This document shows positions 59,023-64,000 of a stretch of DNA of 64,000 nucleotides, one piece after another (the stretch's first letter is position 1; the number at the start of each line of letters is the position of its first letter). The notes beneath the pieces were generated by a model. It was given only the letters and a program-made list of their open reading frames with translations. It was not told the DNA's origin and ran no database searches. The DNA comes from an uncultured Gammaproteobacteria bacterium (GTDB taxonomy: Bacteria; Patescibacteriota; Patescibacteriia; JAHIZJ01): positions 37,360-101,359 of the forward strand of contig CAZQLY010000003.1 in NCBI GenBank assembly GCA_964594455.1, read 5' to 3'. Position numbers and translations under genes: made by a program.

Positions 59023-62000
59023 ATGACCAGGAGGATAAAAACAAAATTCGGAAAATTCTTAGTTTTCCTGTTATTGCTTTTGGTAGTGCCCATGAATAGT
59101 TCAGCGGCATTTTTTGATCTGCTGAAAAAGAATTCAGATATGCTGGCTCGGTCGGATGAAATAAATATTGATTCTGTTTTTCAGTCGGAAGACCAAGCGC
59201 AAGCAGCGGATTATAAACAGCCTGTGACAGGAATTGATGACCAATCAGATGAAATTATTTCAGATGACCCGGGAGAGGAATTTAAAAATCCATTAGACAC
59301 CGAGCTTGATGAGATCGTTAGTGAAACATGCGAGATAGATCGAGCTGAAGGCGGTAAGAAGATAATGCGGTGTTCAAGAAGCAAGAGATTTGCCTGGCTT
59401 GACGGTAGGTGGCAGGACTTTGATCAGCTGATGTCTGAAAATTACGTAGATGGCCAGATGAATTTTTCTTTTCGAGACAAAAGTTTTTCTTTAGCCCCTT
59501 TTATAGTAAAAGACAGACAAAAAATAAATATTAAAAGCATGGGCTCCGCTACCGCAGATCAGATTGATTACCAGACAGAGTTTGACGTCCAGCGAAGGTA
59601 CACCAAGTGGACCAATACTTTCCAGGGCGACAGCTCTATCGGCAGAGCTGGTTATACTATAGAGACGAACTTGCCAGTCAGATTCATTGAAGAAAAGAAC
59701 GAAGGCGCGATAACCCACTTAAGCGCCGTGGTTGATGAATATATTGAAATCAGTTTTGATGATTTGTTAGCCAGCGGATATTCACTTGAACGGACAGACA
59801 ATACAATTTATATCAATGGTATAAGCGGTGGCAAGGTTGAGCTTGATCCGGAACTTTTCTTTTATTCCACGTCCGCCGTTGATGGTGATATATCATATTG
59901 TGACGGCACCCCACTGGTATATAATGTTGGTACTGATGGCACTAGTTCAACTATAGGTCAGACGAAAGCAGTCGTATGCCAGGGAGGCTCTTCAGTAGAT
60001 TATCAATCTTATCTTAGCTTTGATACATCAGGATTGGACGATGATGTTACGATCAGTACGGCCAATCTTTATGTCTATGCCAGCGGATATTCAAAGCACA
60101 AGGACGAAAGCAGCGTTTATGGGGTGGATTATTATATCGGTACTGATCAAATAGGATCAGCACTTACTTCTGCTGATTGGACGTTCGGGTCAATGAATGG
60201 TTCGACCTATGACTGGGCCGAAACTACAGGCTGGAAGAACAAGTCGATTTCATCTCCTGACAGCCATATTTCCAAAACCGGTGATACTGATTTTAACCTG
60301 CGGCCGAACTGGACAGTTGGATCAAATCATTACAAATACGCTTATATGAGGCAGACTGAGTATTCCGGAGTAACCTCTGATCCGTATTTAGAGGTGGTCT
60401 GGGGCGAATATTGGGGGAATGAATTCTTAGTAGAGTCTACAAGTGCTATAGGAAACATGGATGCATCTAATGAAAAAACTGGAATTAAATTCACCGCCCA
60501 ATCTGGAGGTACAGTAAACGATTTTGTGCTTAATGTCTATCAAGCCTCAAGCTCGCCCACCTATCGCTGGGGCATACAATCAGACAATTCAGGAAGTCCT
60601 TCGGGTACTTGGCTGCAGGGGTCTTCAACCAGTTCATATGTCGATTCAACCGGCTCTGCTGGTTGGAATACTATTACCTTTGCCTCTACCGGACGGCCGA
60701 CATTAACCGCTGGCACTGTTTACCACATAGTTGTTCAATATGCTTCCGGTACTATAGGAGCCAGTAATTACATCTCTATAAGGAGGAGTGATCCCAGAAA
60801 TCAAATGTTGCCTTATCGCGGAGCTATTGATACTGCCAGTAATACAGAATTTTATGGCGGGATGGGCTGGACAGCCCAAAACTACCAGCCGATATATATG
60901 ATTGATTACTTTGACGCAGCTTATGCTGATGAGGGTAACCCGTATTACGGGAGTACTAATGCTACCGTATACAAGAGCGGATCAAACTATTATTCCCGGG
61001 GTGAGAAGTTTACCGTATATGAAAACAGCAAAGAAGTTGATTCTGTGGGAATGTATGTGATGAAATCGGGCTCATGTACTCCTTCTGGTGATTTACTTTA
61101 TAAAATAAAAAACAGCAGTGACACTACTCTTGACAGTGGAACGTTGGTGACCGCTGGAAGCGCCAGTACCAGTTGGACCTGGGAAGATGCCAGCTTAGGC
61201 AGTAATGTGGACTTGGACGCTGGTGAAGTATATAAGATATACGTATATACTGAAGCCAGTACAGCATGCTATTACCGTTTGAGCAATTATTATTCCAATA
61301 CCTCATCTCAGTGGTACGCCATCGGATATAACAGCACTGATTCAAGATATGGATATTGTTATAATACTACCTCCAACTGTGATTCTGATTCTAACTGGGC
61401 TTATTATAATTACTATGACACTCCATTTAGATTTAATGTTGTTAAAATATTTTCTGCTCGATCACAAAACTGGCGCATGTACGGGGATGAAGATGATGCT
61501 ACCCCGGGAGATGATTACGCGGCAGAAAATACCAGCCCGCCGGACAATATAGGCAAAAAAGAACCGGTTAAGTTACGTCTTACTATTGCGGACGTAGGCG
61601 ATTTAGATGAAGATAATATCAAATTCGGTTTAAAATATTCTACTAGTTCAACTTTTTCCGATGGAGGTTATGCTTTGGGAACCACCGCTTGTTTAGCTGA
61701 TGCTTGGTGTTATTTTGACGGTGATAATGTGTCTGATGATGATTCGATCGCTTCGCGCGTTTTGAGCGATTCCAGCACTTCCGGCCGTCATAATGAATCA
61801 TTTATCGCTTCATCCACTTTTGATTTTACGGCCAGCGATGAAGTGGAGTTTGAATTTACTTTTTGGGGCAATAATCCGTCCGCCAACACTGCATATTATT
61901 TCGCTGCTTATGACAATGTTAGTGATCAGCTAGTGCCAATTAATCCCTCCGGGGATTATAGTTATCCCTCTTTAACCACTTCGTCGTCTTTTGTTTTGAG

Positions 62001-63477
62001 CGTAGGCGCGCCTAACAGCAAGGAATGTGATGATTATACGATAGGTGGCACCGGATCAAACACCTGTCAGCTCCAGGAGTCAAGCGATGAAGAAATCCAG
62101 ATGTGGGACGATCGGGGCACCGGAGTGGGCTGGTCGGTGACCGCTGTTCTGGAACATTTAAAAGCCGTAACCAACGGCACGCCCTATTCAGATGAAGGAG
62201 CTATAACCATGCCTAAAATACAAAATCAAAAAGTGGCGCGAACAACAGATAATATATTATTTATGACATATAATGATGGTACGAAAGTGCAATTTCAAAA
62301 AAGTTCTGATGGAGGCGCTACCTGGACTGAGGCTATAACCGGTTCTCCCGATACTGTGGGTGATGGTACCAGCGATGTGGGATTATTCATGGATTCCAGT
62401 GAGAATATTCACATTTGTTACGAAGATGATGATGATATTGATTATCGTTTACTGACAAAATCAGGTACCCAATGGACTATAGGTTCAGCCACTGAAGTAG
62501 TCGGTAGTTCAGGCACTAGGAATTATTTTGATTGCTCAATCGCGGTAGAATCAGATGGTGATATTAACGTAGCGGTGGCGGGTGAAATTTTTCTAACTAA
62601 TACACCTGTTATAGATGTTTATAGAGATACCGGTGGAGGCTTCTCTTCTTCCTATGGAGAGCAGACCTCCGTGGATTCACCTACTGTTACTGTTTGGAAC
62701 AGTGATCAAGTAATGCATCTCTGGGTGACGACCACATTTGCCTATAGCATCTATAACGGGTCTAGTTGGTCTGCTCCGGCTAGTATTGATACAGCGACAC
62801 CCTCGAATGAATATTCGGTTATCACTGACGAGGATGATGTTTTGCATCTTGTTTATGAGGATTCAGGTATTCATTATCGCTATAATGATGGTAGCTGGAG
62901 CGGAGAGACTACATTAACCAGCGATAGCAGTGATGGTTATCCCACTATTTCGTCAGATGGAACTAGTTTGTACGTATTCTTTCATGATGATGTTAGCTCG
63001 GATGCTTACCTGTCTTATCTTGAATATGATGGCTCAAGTTGGGATTCGACTCCGGTTCAATTAGATGATGTATTAAATTCTCCTAAGCCGTATACTCCGC
63101 CTCAGATTGCTCGAAATCAATTCTGGGTTGTATATGAATATTTCAATGGTGAAGGTTATGATTCTGAGAGTTGGTATACGCACGATATGATCAGGGCGGA
63201 AGATGTTAATTGGAGTACTGGTACAATCAACGCGCTCTACGGAGCAGAAATAGGAAGTTGTCCTTCGGCTGGTGTTTGTGCCGGAACTTCAGGAGCTATG
63301 GATCCTGAAGTTAGTGTTACAGTAGCAGACGCCGATGCCTGTACAGGCAGTGGATGTCCGGCTGATCCCACATTTGGGATGGGAAAGTACTATGTTGAGC
63401 CGACAATGACTTTAAGTGATTTAAACTTTCGCCGAGTCGGTGAATATCAGGGGACGTTAGAGATAACAATTTCTTGA
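59023..63477 (+). CDS. Large secreted Ser/Thr/Tyr-rich multidomain surface protein with split C-terminal WxL-like domain (start 58987 or 59023)
   Basis: Signal peptide; DNRLRE-like segment; two GxKFT..LxAGxxY beta domains; WDDRGTGVGWSV; Asp-box SSDGGATW; terminal GEYQGTLEITIS. Confidence 0.7.
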   Translation: MTRRIKTKFGKFLVFLLLLLVVPMNSSAAFFDLLKKNSDMLARSDEINIDSVFQSEDQAQAADYKQPVTGIDDQSDEIISDDPGEEFKNPLDTELDEIVSETCEIDRAEGGKKIMRCSRSKRFAWLDGRWQDFDQLMSENYVDGQMNFSFRDKSFSLAPFIVKDRQKINIKSMGSATADQIDYQTEFDVQRRYTKWTNTFQGDSSIGRAGYTIETNLPVRFIEEKNEGAITHLSAVVDEYIEISFDDLLASGYSLERTDNTIYINGISGGKVELDPELFFYSTSAVDGDISYCDGTPLVYNVGTDGTSSTIGQTKAVVCQGGSSVDYQSYLSFDTSGLDDDVTISTANLYVYASGYSKHKDESSVYGVDYYIGTDQIGSALTSADWTFGSMNGSTYDWAETTGWKNKSISSPDSHISKTGDTDFNLRPNWTVGSNHYKYAYMRQTEYSGVTSDPYLEVVWGEYWGNEFLVESTSAIGNMDASNEKTGIKFTAQSGGTVNDFVLNVYQASSSPTYRWGIQSDNSGSPSGTWLQGSSTSSYVDSTGSAGWNTITFASTGRPTLTAGTVYHIVVQYASGTIGASNYISIRRSDPRNQMLPYRGAIDTASNTEFYGGMGWTAQNYQPIYMIDYFDAAYADEGNPYYGSTNATVYKSGSNYYSRGEKFTVYENSKEVDSVGMYVMKSGSCTPSGDLLYKIKNSSDTTLDSGTLVTAGSASTSWTWEDASLGSNVDLDAGEVYKIYVYTEASTACYYRLSNYYSNTSSQWYAIGYNSTDSRYGYCYNTTSNCDSDSNWAYYNYYDTPFRFNVVKIFSARSQNWRMYGDEDDATPGDDYAAENTSPPDNIGKKEPVKLRLTIADVGDLDEDNIKFGLKYSTSSTFSDGGYALGTTACLADAWCYFDGDNVSDDDSIASRVLSDSSTSGRHNESFIASSTFDFTASDEVEFEFTFWGNNPSANTAYYFAAYDNVSDQLVPINPSGDYSYPSLTTSSSFVLSVGAPNSKECDDYTIGGTGSNTCQLQESSDEEIQMWDDRGTGVGWSVTAVLEHLKAVTNGTPYSDEGAITMPKIQNQKVARTTDNILFMTYNDGTKVQFQKSSDGGATWTEAITGSPDTVGDGTSDVGLFMDSSENIHICYEDDDDIDYRLLTKSGTQWTIGSATEVVGSSGTRNYFDCSIAVESDGDINVAVAGEIFLTNTPVIDVYRDTGGGFSSSYGEQTSVDSPTVTVWNSDQVMHLWVTTTFAYSIYNGSSWSAPASIDTATPSNEYSVITDEDDVLHLVYEDSGIHYRYNDGSWSGETTLTSDSSDGYPTISSDGTSLYVFFHDDVSSDAYLSYLEYDGSSWDSTPVQLDDVLNSPKPYTPPQIARNQFWVVYEYFNGEGYDSESWYTHDMIRAEDVNWSTGTINALYGAEIGSCPSAGVCAGTSGAMDPEVSVTVADADACTGSGCPADPTFGMGKYYVEPTMTLSDLNFRRVGEYQGTLEITIS

Positions 63478-63647
63478 TTTCTAAATAAAAACGGCCAGAA
63501 CAGGTTTGCTTTTTTATTTTTATTCTGGTATAATTGAGCTACTTTTTGCGTTTTTTGTTTTAATATTAGCTTTTTTCTTCATCAATACGAGTATTTGTAT
63601 ATAGCAACCCACTTCCGCCGCCAGCGGGCGGCTAGCTCAGCTGGTTA

Positions 63648-63667
63648 CCTGCCTGCCGGTAGGCGGG
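63648..63667. repeat. REP-like palindrome inserted in a tRNA D-loop
   Basis: CCTGCCTGCCGGTAGGCGGG; removing it restores AGCTGGTTA-GAGC. Confidence 0.75.
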
Positions 63668-63760
63668 GAGCGCTATCCTCATACCTGCCTGCGCGGAGCC
63701 TCACATTAATTATATTATATGGAGCAAAGATGCTTCGGCAAAGGCAGGCCTATCCGCCGC

Positions 63761-63837
63761 GCTCGTGTAGCTCAGCTGGTTAGAGCGCTATCCTCACACG
63801 ATAGAGGTCCCTGGTTCGAGTCCAGGCACGAGCACCA
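63761..63837 (+). tRNA. tRNA-Val (CAC), intact, nested within another tRNA gene
   Basis: GCTCGTG/CACGAGC acceptor, CTATC-CTCACAC-GATAG, CCTGG-TTCGAGT-CCAGG, ACCA. Confidence 0.93.
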
Positions 63838-64000
63838 TCGCTCCGACGGGCGGGCGATAGAGGTCACAAGTTCGAATCTTGTGTCGCCCACTGGCTGCAG
63901 AAGTGGATAGTAATTAACCTTAGATTAATATCTTAAGTAATAAAAAATAATCATGACATTCTTAGACAAAATAAATAAACCCAGACCGGGTTTAAACGTC

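Larger units (their letters stand above)
63626..63890 (+). tRNA. Doubly interrupted tRNA gene (anticodon CAT once the inserts are removed)
   Basis: GGGCGGC/GTCGCCC acceptor, GCTC/GAGC, CTATC-CTCATA|C-GATAG, ACAAG-TTCGAAT-CTTGT; inserts at 63648-63667 and 63684-63854. Confidence 0.75.

Noticed and set aside
63595-63910. ORFs 63595..63783 and 63719..63910
   Set aside because: Spurious frames across tRNA and palindrome sequence
63953-64000. ORF start MTFLDKINKPRPGLNV at the window edge
   Set aside because: Too short to assign

Overview
Bacterial chromosomal window, standard genetic code. Gene content suggests a Patescibacteria/CPR (Parcubacteria-like) genome; this is inference from SecD with a PPIase insert, a short Rel, the VirD4-like ATPase pair, DsbA paralogues and pilin-head fusions. 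Housekeeping genes: secD-secF, lgt, parA-parB, rel, topA, dprA, mfd, pth, der and several tRNAs. These are interspersed with GC-richer orphan cassettes that each carry their own promoter, SD and terminator. Four things stand out. (1) 1-9.6 kb: a largely translationally coupled cluster of six paralogous proteins that end in a phospho-His swivel domain and lack a recognisable ATP-binding domain, together with a stand-alone PEP-synthase-like ATP-grasp protein, a HAD hydrolase and a DedA protein; this is a candidate split-dikinase system. (2) 63.6-63.9 kb: an intact tRNA-Val(CAC) nested inside a palindrome-bounded insertion at position 37/38 of a second tRNA gene, which also has a 20-nt palindrome in its D-loop. 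(3) 43.4-44.5 kb: a mostly non-coding unit with two long hairpins, an accB pseudogene, a tRNA-like gene whose anticodon loop is replaced by a 118-nt structured element, and a degenerate tRNA-Met. (4) 53.8-63.5 kb: a WxL/DUF916-type surface cluster with unusual domain fusions, embedded among GT-C glycosyltransferases. All calls come from reading motifs by eye; no searches were run.
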